Positions 26,596-36,216 of a stretch of 64,000 nucleotides of DNA are shown here, in pieces (position 1 is the first letter of the stretch; the number at the start of each line of letters is the position of its first letter). The DNA comes from Candidatus Bathyarchaeia archaeon (GTDB lineage Archaea > Thermoproteota > Bathyarchaeia > Bathyarchaeales > Bathycorpusculaceae): positions 32,001-96,000 of the forward strand of contig JBBFKZ010000003.1 in assembly GCA_037481775.1 (NCBI GenBank). Direction: 5' to 3'. Under the pieces are notes generated by a model. It saw only the letters and a list, made by a program, of their open reading frames with translations, was not told where the DNA came from and did no database searches. The position numbers were made by a program, and so were the translations under genes.

Positions 26596-27819
26596 TTAGG
26601 TTGTTCCCTTTAATTGGCTGACAAGAGCGCTCACGTTTGCTATTAGGCTGTCTGCTGATTCGTAGCCTTCAAGCTGCTTTTTGATGTTTTCTGGTAGGGC
26701 TTTGGCTTCTGGCAGTTCTGGGTTATAGCGAACTGTTATGCCATGTTGGAGTGCACGTTTTACTATGCGTTCGTAGATTGTGTTGCGTTCTGGTTGTGTG
26801 TATTCTTGTCTAAATTGGCTCCAGCGGGCTAAGGCGTTTCTGCATCGGTCTTCTGGCACAAGCGGATAAGCGTAATTCACGGGGTCAGCGTAGTCTTCTT
26901 CATTCTGTGGATAATCTTTCGGCGGAGTTAGATGTCCTTTGTCTTCTCGGAATTTTATGCCGTGCTTCTTTTCTCGCTCTTCTGCAGCCTTACGCAGTTT
27001 TTCTCTTTCGCTCTCTTCTTGCTTCTTCTCGGCTGTGTCGCCTTCTTCTCTTGTTGCTGGTTCAAAGTTTCCGCCGTGGTCTTGGCAGTGTTTGCGGGCT
27101 TCAGCTTCACTCCATGTTTTAACTGGATAGCGGTAGGCTTGCTCAACCGAGCCAGCTTCAAGCTTGTCCTTCGGTTTGCCAAAAATGACGCGGTAGCTTT
27201 TGCCGTTGTGTTCTCGTTCGCCGCTGCCCACTATGTTTAGTTTTTCCGGGTCTTTTAGGCGACAGCTGTGCTCGTTTGGGTAAGGGTCTGCGCCCTTAAG
27301 CGTGTCCACGCCTATTCCACAGAGCGGGTAGCTGCATCTTCCCTGCCAGCTTCCAACAGCCACATGGTCGATGAGAATATCTTTTTTCACATATTCGTAG
27401 TGTTGCCCGTTCCACTCGCCCTGTTGTGGAATGCACTCAAAGAAGAAGCCTATGCTCACGCTTCTCGCTTTGCCAGTTTTAATGTCTTCAAGGTATTGGG
27501 GGCTGCAGCGGTTTTTGAAGAAAGCCAACTCAGCTTTTATGCGGTCCTTCTCGAATTTGGCGTTGCGCACTGTCCCGCGGATAAGCCCGGGCTTAGAAAG
27601 GATTATTTCTGGCGGGTGCTCCTCAACAACCCAAGCGTTCAAAGCTGTGAAAGCTGCCTTCTCAACTTCTTCTGCAGGTTCGTAGATGAGCATGCCATCA
27701 TAATCGTAAACGCCTTCGCGGGTGATCACCGCTGGCACGGTAAGCGTTTCCGCGTCTTCTCTGATTTGGAGGCTGTCGGCTTCAACGCTTTTCACGCCGT
27801 ACTTCAGCATGGCAGTCAC
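26596..27819 (-). CDS. Prohead protease (DUF2213-like) with extra C-terminal domains
   Basis: ITREGVYDY, EEHP, SVSIGF, DHVAV..GRC motifs; C-terminal DYADPVNYAYPL..RNALARWSQ (DUF6582-like). Confidence 0.82.
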   Translation of the reverse strand: MTAMLKYGVKSVEADSLQIREDAETLTVPAVITREGVYDYDGMLIYEPAEEVEKAAFTALNAWVVEEHPPEIILSKPGLIRGTVRNAKFEKDRIKAELAFFKNRCSPQYLEDIKTGKARSVSIGFFFECIPQQGEWNGQHYEYVKKDILIDHVAVGSWQGRCSYPLCGIGVDTLKGADPYPNEHSCRLKDPEKLNIVGSGEREHNGKSYRVIFGKPKDKLEAGSVEQAYRYPVKTWSEAEARKHCQDHGGNFEPATREEGDTAEKKQEESEREKLRKAAEEREKKHGIKFREDKGHLTPPKDYPQNEEDYADPVNYAYPLVPEDRCRNALARWSQFRQEYTQPERNTIYERIVKRALQHGITVRYNPELPEAKALPENIKKQLEGYESADSLIANVSALVSQLKGTT

Positions 27820-27823
27820 CTTG

Positions 27824-28066
27824 CTATGAGGGTTTAGCCGTGTCTACGAGTTTCTGCAGCCAAACCGTAATGGCTGTAGGTCCCACGAGGGCCGTGTAGA
27901 CGTCGAGGGTTATGCCAGCCAAGTCTAAGCCTAGGGCTGAGAATGCGCCTATGGCGATTGTTCTGAGAAACTTGTGCCAGTTGAAGGGTTTGTCCTGTGC
28001 TGCGTAGCCGAGTAAAGCGTAGATTAGGGCTGCAGTCGCTCCTAAACCCACATTTAATGGGTTCAT
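27824..28066 (-). CDS. Small multi-TM (holin-like) protein
   Basis: 80 aa with hydrophobic helices and an FNWHKFLRT motif. Confidence 0.55.
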   Translation of the reverse strand: MNPLNVGLGATAALIYALLGYAAQDKPFNWHKFLRTIAIGAFSALGLDLAGITLDVYTALVGPTAITVWLQKLVDTAKPS

Positions 28067-28170
28067 TTATTCACCTAAAATGGAAAGAATAAGCGTGCCT
28101 TTTAGGTTCAGCGAACAGACCGCAGTAGACATAAAGCTTATGAAAAGGTGATAACTTCAAGTGGCTATGG

Positions 28171-28542
28171 ATGATTATGGGTAGAAGATGGCTTTCAGAG
28201 AGAGCTGATGGAGTTGCTTTTTGGATTATGATGCTGCTTAGCGCTGTTTTTCTAACGTATTCATACGCAACTACGCAAACGGTGGATTGGCTTCTGATTC
28301 TTGTTCCAATAATAGGTATATTATTTATTTTCAGGTTTGTGTGGACAGTGTTCGCATGGCGCAAAATATCCAGCATTGAGATGGAAAAGGTGGAGCATGT
28401 GGCTTTTTTTGGGATTAGCCTAACCTTATTAGTAATGTTAATTGCCGGATATGCAATAGCGAACTTTTTCAACTATTACTTGCTTTATGTTTTTGTTGCG
28501 GGTCTGCTCGTTAAATTTATCCTGCAATTTTTCTCTCACTAA
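28171..28542 (+). CDS. Four-TM membrane protein (moron-like)
   Basis: Highly hydrophobic, antisense within the head operon, own AT-rich upstream region. Confidence 0.65.
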   Translation: MIMGRRWLSERADGVAFWIMMLLSAVFLTYSYATTQTVDWLLILVPIIGILFIFRFVWTVFAWRKISSIEMEKVEHVAFFGISLTLLVMLIAGYAIANFFNYYLLYVFVAGLLVKFILQFFSH

Positions 28543-28591
28543 AGAGGAAAAAGTTTGTATTGAGAATCGTGTCTAACGCCAAATATCTTAA

Positions 28592-30034
28592 TTACCGTTT
28601 TAATCCATATTCTTCAATCCAACTGTAAAAAGTTTGCTTGCCAATACCCAACTCTTTGCATATTGTGTTTACGCTTTTGCCTGTTGCTATTCTGTCTGCT
28701 AATAGTTTGTCTACGGGTTTTCCGAATTTGCGTTCTAACTCCAGTTTCCGCTTTGATGTTGCGGAGCTGATGTTTTGAGGGGTTCCGTTTTGGAGTTGGC
28801 TTAAGCCTAAGACTACGTCGGCGCCTGGAAGTCGCTCTAAACCTTCATGTTGTCTTATCTCGTTGATTGTCATCCAGTTTGTTTTTAGCGTTAGGCTGCG
28901 GGTTTTGTCGAGTTCTGCGGCTGCTTGATCCCTTGGGTTTATTTCGAATCCGCCAAGCCAGTTAATGCGGTAATGCGTGTCTGAGATTTGTTTTGTTTTT
29001 ATTAGGCGGTCGATTAGGTCCATGATGTATGGTTCGTAGCGGCTTTGGCAGTCGCTTATCTGCTTGAAGTATTCGCGTTCGTTTACTTCGCTTCCAGCTA
29101 ATTGTCCGGCTTGTGCTCCGCGTAGAATCGCCATTGGTATGCTTGTGCCTGCGCTTATGTTTTCCATTATGGGCGTGTAGTAGGGTTCTGGGTCTAAGGC
29201 TCTTCCAGCTAAGCCTTTAAACTCGATTGTGGTGTTTTCGTCTGCCCACATGCTCGTCTGAGCCGTTAACGGGCCCCATTGACGCTTGTACGCTTCGATT
29301 TCTTCTCGCGTTGCGCCTTTGACAGTTACAACAGGGAAGCCGCTGCCATAACGGTACATAGTTTGCCCCATACCCCAACGAATATTCCGCAAAACAGTTA
29401 GGTCATCCCAGACGGGTTCGAGAACGCTTATGCCTTTCCATGGATGGTCTAAGAGGCGAGTGGCGAAATGGATGACACGGCTAAAGTGAACCTCAACCTC
29501 TTCATTCTCAGCTATTTTTATCTTGTAAGTTTCTGGCAAGCCAAAGCGTGCACTCTGCCTATTCTTGTCTGTTTGAACGCTTGTTATCATTGTTGGTGCG
29601 TAGGCTTCGAGGCTCACGATTTTCTCAGGCACTAAGACTGGGTCTCTTAATGTGACACCTTTATCCTGATAGCCTAAGACGATTATGCTCCAGCCATAAG
29701 CCCGTTCAAAAACCGCCGCCTGCGTGAAAACGTCTTTAGCGTTAAGCAGAAGCAAGACTTTCTGAACAGCCTCGTTAAACTTTTCCTTGTCAACGCCTTC
29801 CTCAAGAGGCTCAACATTAAACCAGTTGTCAAAAACGTCGTGAGCCACGGCGAAGACGATGCGGTGTGCTACAGGCTCGCGTTTAATTGCAAAAGTGATA
29901 TTGTCATTGGTTAGGGGTTGACCGAACTCGGCGCCTAAACCTGTGTAAACACGCTGAATTTCAGCTTGTGCCTGAGAAGGCGCAGAGTGTATTCCAAAGA
30001 GTTTCTGGGCTAAAAGCTGCCTAACACTAACCAT
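28592..30034 (-). CDS. Portal protein (DUF1073-like) with C-terminal HTH
   Basis: ERAYGWSII, SARFGLPETY, VHFSRVIHF, GISVL, IPMAILRG, TINEIRQ motifs. ATG 30034 preferred over GTG 30064. Confidence 0.88.
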   Translation of the reverse strand: MVSVRQLLAQKLFGIHSAPSQAQAEIQRVYTGLGAEFGQPLTNDNITFAIKREPVAHRIVFAVAHDVFDNWFNVEPLEEGVDKEKFNEAVQKVLLLLNAKDVFTQAAVFERAYGWSIIVLGYQDKGVTLRDPVLVPEKIVSLEAYAPTMITSVQTDKNRQSARFGLPETYKIKIAENEEVEVHFSRVIHFATRLLDHPWKGISVLEPVWDDLTVLRNIRWGMGQTMYRYGSGFPVVTVKGATREEIEAYKRQWGPLTAQTSMWADENTTIEFKGLAGRALDPEPYYTPIMENISAGTSIPMAILRGAQAGQLAGSEVNEREYFKQISDCQSRYEPYIMDLIDRLIKTKQISDTHYRINWLGGFEINPRDQAAAELDKTRSLTLKTNWMTINEIRQHEGLERLPGADVVLGLSQLQNGTPQNISSATSKRKLELERKFGKPVDKLLADRIATGKSVNTICKELGIGKQTFYSWIEEYGLKR

Positions 30035-30173
30035 AGTGCTTTTCAGCCTCCGCTTTGGTTTCACGCAAAACTTGACGGATTACGTCTTGCATGCTTCGAG
30101 CCTTCCGCCTTTTCAGTTCTTTCAAGAGCCACTCGTAAAGCTCAGAATCAACGCTCTGCTGGAAAATAGGCAC
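30027..30173 (-). CDS. Small ribbon-helix-helix protein (48 aa), below ORF-track cutoff
   Basis: MPIFQQSVDSELYEWLLKELKRRKARSMQDVIRQVLRETKAEAEKHYG; GGTG SD; stop overlaps the portal start. Confidence 0.65.
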   Translation of the reverse strand: MPIFQQSVDSELYEWLLKELKRRKARSMQDVIRQVLRETKAEAEKHYG

Positions 30174-30366
30174 GCATTCAACACCAACAACTATGTTAAG
30201 CCAGAAAAATAAAAGAAAATCTGAAATAATACTTGAATTAAACGTTTATTGAATAATCACGCGGAATGATAGAATAAAAACAATGTTTGACCAATCTTAA
30301 ATGCACATAAAATGTGCGCTACGATGCCTCGCTGTTTATTTACGGAAACTGGTTTGCCATCAACTC

Positions 30367-31245
30367 TTATTGTGATGTTGGAGCTTTCACCATCTTTCTC
30401 AAGAAATTGTAGCTCACAGCATTTGCATGTTTCCAGACGACATCAAAAAGCGTTTCGATTTCCTTGACCAGCTTCCCCTTGGCGACAAATCCCAGTTCAA
30501 AGTTGTTATATAAAGAGTTTAGTCTAAATTCCGCTGAACCTACATAACACTTGATTCCATCCACAAGAACTAGTTTTGCATGAGTCGATTCATAATGCAT
30601 AAGTTGAGAATCGCCCAAGCGCAAATTCTCGTGAAAGTCCTTCACTGCAAAATAGCCAGAATTCCCGAAAGCACGATATATATCCCACATCCTTAAAACG
30701 GATTTTATGAGACTCATGTAGTGATAGTCTTTTTTCTGAGGGTCTAACACTTCTCGGGTCAGCAAAAAAACCTTAACTCCTGCTTTAGCTAATCTTTTCA
30801 ATTCCATAGAAAAATGAGTCACAATAGACTCTTCAGGAAAAGGCAGTGAAACTTTAACATATTCGCGAGCAGAGTTTAATAGATGATCAAACGCTATATC
30901 TGTCATAATGATCCTTTCATTTGTTGGAAGATCAGATAAAAGCGATGCAGGAATTGTAGCCACAATTTGTATGTCATCTAACGATTTTGTTTCATAGCTG
31001 AAATATATTCGATCTTTTAATATCGCTTTTTTGCTTCTTATTATTGGTTTTCTCAGTATAACAACATAATCCCGATTTTCTTTTTTGAGCTCGAGATTTT
31101 GAGAGCGAACAAGTGCCATTACCTTGAGTTCTGCAAGCGGTTGTTCTTCAACAGGGAACATCGAGAGAAGAGATCCAAGGTGTAGCTTGCCATTATTTTC
31201 CTTAAGTGTTTGAATTATCTTTGTTGCCATGCTCACGTTTACCAA
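30367..31245 (-). CDS. Phospholipase D-family nuclease (DrmC-like)
   Basis: Single HAKLVLVD (HxKxxxxD) plus GSAEF and NFELG motifs. Confidence 0.85.
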   Translation of the reverse strand: MVNVSMATKIIQTLKENNGKLHLGSLLSMFPVEEQPLAELKVMALVRSQNLELKKENRDYVVILRKPIIRSKKAILKDRIYFSYETKSLDDIQIVATIPASLLSDLPTNERIIMTDIAFDHLLNSAREYVKVSLPFPEESIVTHFSMELKRLAKAGVKVFLLTREVLDPQKKDYHYMSLIKSVLRMWDIYRAFGNSGYFAVKDFHENLRLGDSQLMHYESTHAKLVLVDGIKCYVGSAEFRLNSLYNNFELGFVAKGKLVKEIETLFDVVWKHANAVSYNFLRKMVKAPTSQ

Positions 31246-31265
31246 TCTTCCCTCGAGATTTTTGT

Positions 31266-33005
31266 TTAAATCTCGTTACCTGTTTGTGTTTCATAAGGTG
31301 AAATGGGTATCCCCCAGAACTTGAGTAGCAGAGTGCGACTGAGTAAATAATTCGGGAATATGTATGCATTAGGAACTTCGCTTGGAAAGAATGGATGGCA
31401 GAGGGGATCGCGAATGTAAAGACATGTGACGCAGCCATCATAACATTGATATCGGCAATCTCTCACGCGTTTCATCGATTCGTTAAGCCATCTCGTAAGC
31501 AAATCGTATGCAAGGTACTCAACTCCTCCAGCCTCAACTTGTTCTCTTTCAAATATCAAGAGAGCGCAATCATCTATGAGCACTTTTCCAACGAATGCTG
31601 ATTCCTCTAAGCCCGTTCGCAAAGAAGCTTGATACGTTAATGCATGTTCAATTGAATGTAGTAGTGTAAATAAAGGAACCGAGTACTTAAGTTCGCTTAT
31701 CGGAGCTGAAGTCAAGTATTCTTTTGTCTGATTGCTAATCCACGAGTAGACACTATCAACAGCCAATTTGCTGCCTTCCCTCAAAATTTTCAATTGTGCA
31801 CGTACATCCTTTAGAATTGCTGAACCAGGGTTTGTTCTTTCTAATCTTCTAATAATGTCTTCCAAAACAACTTCAGCTATTCTTTCCTTATCTAACTGAA
31901 CTACAAGACCTTTACCTTGACTTTGAGTCATGTACGCTCTATATTCAAACTGATTTGTGTCGGGGTTTCTTTGCTGGAAAAATCTGACCTGCACGTCTGT
32001 TCCATAAGGTGCGTAGCCATACACCGCTGTATATGAAGTTACATCGTCAATCACATGTATATCAATTATGCCAAAATCATGGATTATTTCTTTTTGCTCT
32101 AAAGTATAATCGTTTGCTTGGCTAAGAGACCATATTGGTTCAATATTCGTCACTTTGATTTCCCTATTTGCGCCTACGTAGACCGCGCTATGAACCATAG
32201 GCTTAAGATATGAAGCGGTGGTGGGAACGAGCTTCATTCTTTTGGGGCTTTTCTTAGACCAATCAGAACAGAAAGGACAGAAATATATAACTTGAGTTTC
32301 ATGCTTTGTTTTTGAACACACCCATCTCGATTGAGTGAGCTTTTTCCTCCTCAAATCGAGAAGCAAGTCTCCAGTACAACCATCATCTTCACATTTGAAT
32401 ACGGGTCCATCTTTTTGAGGATCTGTAAATCGGGGTGTGATTTCATGTTGATATCCGCACTTATCGCAGAAAAAGATCAATGAGATCTGACGCAAGTTTC
32501 CTTTCTTGCAGCTTGGGCACTGCAACGAGGTAAGCTTACTTAAATCCGTAGGTACCATGTAAAAATTACAGTTATCACATTTTAAACCTCTGGGATACAG
32601 TGCAATCTTTGCTTCTCTTGGAGAAACAATTTTTATTTGATTTGGCAAAACGAAGTTTGGATACTTTTCGTTTTGCTCTGCTTCATCAATGCCGCGTACA
32701 GCGTTCTCTAAGCCCCATTTCTCGGCAATTTTTCTTAATACATCGATGCTACCCTGTTCTTGTTCACGTGCAGATTTTGACGATTGCTGAAACGATGAAC
32801 TTGCTGAGCTGGATAATTGCTTTGCCAATATCCGAGAGATTATAGCCGCCAAAGTTTCCTGAAGTTGTTCGTGTGGGAGGGTGTCTCCGTCAAAGTACAA
32901 GACCCTCCAAGACTTTTGATTGGCGTCAAATGTTGAGAAAGGAAATCTCTTTGTTATTGCTTGCCAATCTGTCGCTATGTACTGCGAAGGATGTTCTTCG
33001 GTCAT
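31266..33005 (-). CDS. DUF1998-domain protein (DrmB-like)
   Basis: LLHSIEHAL, GG..YL and C-terminal CRYQCYDGCVTCL Zn site; several CxxC pairs. Confidence 0.8.
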   Translation of the reverse strand: MTEEHPSQYIATDWQAITKRFPFSTFDANQKSWRVLYFDGDTLPHEQLQETLAAIISRILAKQLSSSASSSFQQSSKSAREQEQGSIDVLRKIAEKWGLENAVRGIDEAEQNEKYPNFVLPNQIKIVSPREAKIALYPRGLKCDNCNFYMVPTDLSKLTSLQCPSCKKGNLRQISLIFFCDKCGYQHEITPRFTDPQKDGPVFKCEDDGCTGDLLLDLRRKKLTQSRWVCSKTKHETQVIYFCPFCSDWSKKSPKRMKLVPTTASYLKPMVHSAVYVGANREIKVTNIEPIWSLSQANDYTLEQKEIIHDFGIIDIHVIDDVTSYTAVYGYAPYGTDVQVRFFQQRNPDTNQFEYRAYMTQSQGKGLVVQLDKERIAEVVLEDIIRRLERTNPGSAILKDVRAQLKILREGSKLAVDSVYSWISNQTKEYLTSAPISELKYSVPLFTLLHSIEHALTYQASLRTGLEESAFVGKVLIDDCALLIFEREQVEAGGVEYLAYDLLTRWLNESMKRVRDCRYQCYDGCVTCLYIRDPLCHPFFPSEVPNAYIFPNYLLSRTLLLKFWGIPISPYETQTGNEI

Positions 33006-33009
33006 TTCA

Positions 33010-36000
33010 TTATTCCTCCTCTTCTTGCATTTCCAAAGATTCTTCAAGCACTTCTTCGGCTATTCCGAGCTTGCTTGAAATAGGATAAACCATGATCTCT
33101 CTGTATCGTACTTGTTTTTTCTTTTCGCGTAGTGTTGGTGTCAATATTTGTTTCACTTCAAGATGTTTCGTGGTTTCCAGCCGCGAGTCTTTGAAGTCCA
33201 TAAGCAAATCTCTTACATTTCTAAGAATCAATTCGCGTATTTTGTGTTCCTCTGATTTTGGCATTGAACCTCTTAAATAAACTTTGACCATTTGCTCCAC
33301 TAATTTAACAAGTTCATTAGGCTTGTTGTTAAAATACCGGCTTACATACTGCGCAAAACGCATTTGATGGTCGTTTACTGCTCGAGCTAAGACAAGAGCA
33401 TTAAAGACGTTAGGGATGGAAAGAGAAATGGCATACCTATTTAGCACATTGATTGGAGTGGGCTCAAAAAGTTCTCCTTTATCCATATCCTGAATTGCTT
33501 GTCGAAAGTTTTGGTAAACCCATTGATCCCGTGGAATATTTGGTAATAAATGCAGTAAAACAAGCGAAGGCAATTCTTCGCGACCTGTTCTTCCTACCAC
33601 TTGAGCTAGTTCAATAAAAGTCTTGGGTGTACCAAAAAAGTGAAGTATATTCAGACCTGGAAAGTCTACTCCTTGACCATATATTTGTGTCACCACTAGA
33701 ACGTCAAGTTTATGTTCCCTTACAAGTTTATTTAGAATCGTTAGTTCTTGGCTGGATAAATCTCCGTAGCCAAATTTCACCCATGGTCGACCTAGTTTAA
33801 GCTCCTTTGCCAGGTCTGGTATCCATTTCTCAAGATCTCTTCCCTCATCTTTTCTCAACACGTAAATCGTTTGAGTTTTATAAGCTAAAGTTGCATCGTA
33901 TCCTAATTCCTTTAGTTCTTTGACTATACTTTTGTTCTCATTCAAGGTTTTTTGGAGATAGTCATGAAAAGACGTGGCAATCCAAGATACTGACCATCTG
34001 GTTGTTTTACCAAGTGGTTCCAATAGAATATACCGATGGCGAACCTCATTGACGTTTCTGAAGAAGTAGCCTTCACTTCCGTTAATGGACCAAAAAGATT
34101 TCTCGCTAGGAAAGACTTGCTGTTCAGTATTTGGATAGCCTGTCAAGTTGTAGACCAGTTCTTCTCGATTAACGATAGTGGCTGTTGCACCTAAATACCA
34201 ATATTTTTGTGGTCCCCCATAATGCTCGTTTAGCACCCTTAGTAAGGATAGAAATTGACCAAGTAGATTGCCTTGCGTGCCTACAAGGGTATGAACCTCA
34301 TCAAAAATAACAAGGCAGGGTGTGGATTTGGTCAGATTTTCTGGTCCCATCGCGGAATTGCATACAGGGCAGTGATGAATTTGCTCATTTTGATCCTTTT
34401 TGCACAAGGCGTAATGTCTATGGCATGTTGGGCACTTTTTGCATGGGGCACCAAATATCGTATGCGAATAAACTGATGTCGTTAACGCATTTACAATCTT
34501 GTCGGGAGTGCCCACTATCACGTTGGGGCAAAACGCTTCTGTTTCCATATTGCTTAACATAACGAAGTCTAGCTTTTCCCCACATTTCTCACATACAGGA
34601 AGGATTCTGTAATTATCAGGCTTATGGGCAATAATTTTATCATGCCCACAGGAGGGGCATCTATCGATATTTGGTATTTCCATACCTTCATGAACGTCGG
34701 GAGGCCGAAGACTAGCGACAGCTGTCCAAATAGAGTCATCGAAATTTCTTCCTCCCATATATAGACCCAGAGTTGCTTTGGCTCCGAGTTTGTTCAACTG
34801 GTAAAAGAATCCAACCATTTCACTAAATTGAAGAGAGTTTAATGCACGCGTTGGAAATGTTATAAAAGTTGTTGTGCCACTCATCCCTTCCGTGAGTAAA
34901 AACATTAGGACAGCACAAACATAAAACACTAAAGACTTGCCAGTTGCAGTGGGAGCCACTATTATGAGTGGTCTCGAGTCTTGGCTTAACAGCTTCTTAA
35001 TGAAAACTTGAATTGCGTCCCATTGAAATTGGTACATATACTCAAGCTTTGGATTACTCTGATAAAGAGCCTTCAAAACAATAAAAAGCTTCGACACTTT
35101 ACCACTCGAAATCAAGGTCTCTTTCTCTTTGTTATTTAAGATATGCATGTTGCCAAGCATTGTTGCTTCATTTTTGATCAGATCCACGAATGGTATCTTC
35201 ATGCGAACAGGTTCAACTCTAGGATAATCATAAAGGATTATCGGAGAAGAGAACACCTTGGTCTTTTCATAGGTCGAAATTGTAGGAGAGGTGTTAACAT
35301 TTGCGCATTGCAATGGATCTATTGGCAAAAGTATGTTTCCATCATGTACGTTAATTAGTGAATAAACACCTATAAAAGATCTCTTTATAACCTCTTCCTC
35401 ACTGAAGCGGCGGACAAGCAAAGCACCACGGCTTTCCTTCATGGATTTAGTTGTATTAGAAAAACGTAATTTCACTTTGTAAGAACTTGATTGCCCTGAA
35501 ATTTTTTCGATTGAAAGGCAAATTTTACCTTCTATACTTATCGTTTCGCGAATAAATTGAGCCAGCTCCTTTCCTGTGCTATCCGCAATTGCTTGTAGTG
35601 GGTCTTGTTCGTGTTCAAACTTGAACTGTTGTTCAAATGGCTTAGCCAATAAAGTCTTGATTTTCACTTCTGGAATGTGGACAATTCTTTCAACTGGGTC
35701 ATCAAATCCTTTCTCATAGATTTTCCCTTCAATTTCATATCTGCTTAATGGTACATGTCTTATTTGTTCACCTTCAATCCGAATCTCGCGTAATCTTCTA
35801 ACCTTTGGCTGGAGGAAGTGTATGGTGACCTCGATTCCTGAATTCTCATCACCCTGAAATAAAAATTCAGTTTGATGGAAATATGGAGCTGTGGTATTTC
35901 TGAACATCATCCTTTCTGTATGCCTGGAATAATCTTCGGGATAGAGAATGTCAACAACTCCTATGCCCTTTATTCCCCCAGCGGGGTTGTAAATAGCATT

Positions 36001-36126
36001 TGCAATCAACTTTCCTGAAAGTTCGTCGAGAAGAGTTAAACGACTATCAGAAGTTTGACTCTTCTGATGAAGAATAATATTCCATGCAATTGATTCGGCC
36101 GGACTCTTGTATTTCGCCTCAGACAT
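33010..36126 (-). CDS. SF2 DEAD/DEAH helicase (DrmA-like)
   Basis: YQFQ, APTATGKS, FPTRAL, GTPDK, DEVH, ATAT, GQGVD and QVVGRTGR motifs, with CxxC insertions. Confidence 0.88.
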   Translation of the reverse strand: MSEAKYKSPAESIAWNIILHQKSQTSDSRLTLLDELSGKLIANAIYNPAGGIKGIGVVDILYPEDYSRHTERMMFRNTTAPYFHQTEFLFQGDENSGIEVTIHFLQPKVRRLREIRIEGEQIRHVPLSRYEIEGKIYEKGFDDPVERIVHIPEVKIKTLLAKPFEQQFKFEHEQDPLQAIADSTGKELAQFIRETISIEGKICLSIEKISGQSSSYKVKLRFSNTTKSMKESRGALLVRRFSEEEVIKRSFIGVYSLINVHDGNILLPIDPLQCANVNTSPTISTYEKTKVFSSPIILYDYPRVEPVRMKIPFVDLIKNEATMLGNMHILNNKEKETLISSGKVSKLFIVLKALYQSNPKLEYMYQFQWDAIQVFIKKLLSQDSRPLIIVAPTATGKSLVFYVCAVLMFLLTEGMSGTTTFITFPTRALNSLQFSEMVGFFYQLNKLGAKATLGLYMGGRNFDDSIWTAVASLRPPDVHEGMEIPNIDRCPSCGHDKIIAHKPDNYRILPVCEKCGEKLDFVMLSNMETEAFCPNVIVGTPDKIVNALTTSVYSHTIFGAPCKKCPTCHRHYALCKKDQNEQIHHCPVCNSAMGPENLTKSTPCLVIFDEVHTLVGTQGNLLGQFLSLLRVLNEHYGGPQKYWYLGATATIVNREELVYNLTGYPNTEQQVFPSEKSFWSINGSEGYFFRNVNEVRHRYILLEPLGKTTRWSVSWIATSFHDYLQKTLNENKSIVKELKELGYDATLAYKTQTIYVLRKDEGRDLEKWIPDLAKELKLGRPWVKFGYGDLSSQELTILNKLVREHKLDVLVVTQIYGQGVDFPGLNILHFFGTPKTFIELAQVVGRTGREELPSLVLLHLLPNIPRDQWVYQNFRQAIQDMDKGELFEPTPINVLNRYAISLSIPNVFNALVLARAVNDHQMRFAQYVSRYFNNKPNELVKLVEQMVKVYLRGSMPKSEEHKIRELILRNVRDLLMDFKDSRLETTKHLEVKQILTPTLREKKKQVRYREIMVYPISSKLGIAEEVLEESLEMQEEEE

Positions 36127-36216
36127 CCTTAAACCTCAAGTGAGTTATTGTGACCGATACCTATTTAAGCTTGAGGGTTTAAGTGAATTATTTAGTCATG
36201 ACTAAAAAAGTCACAA

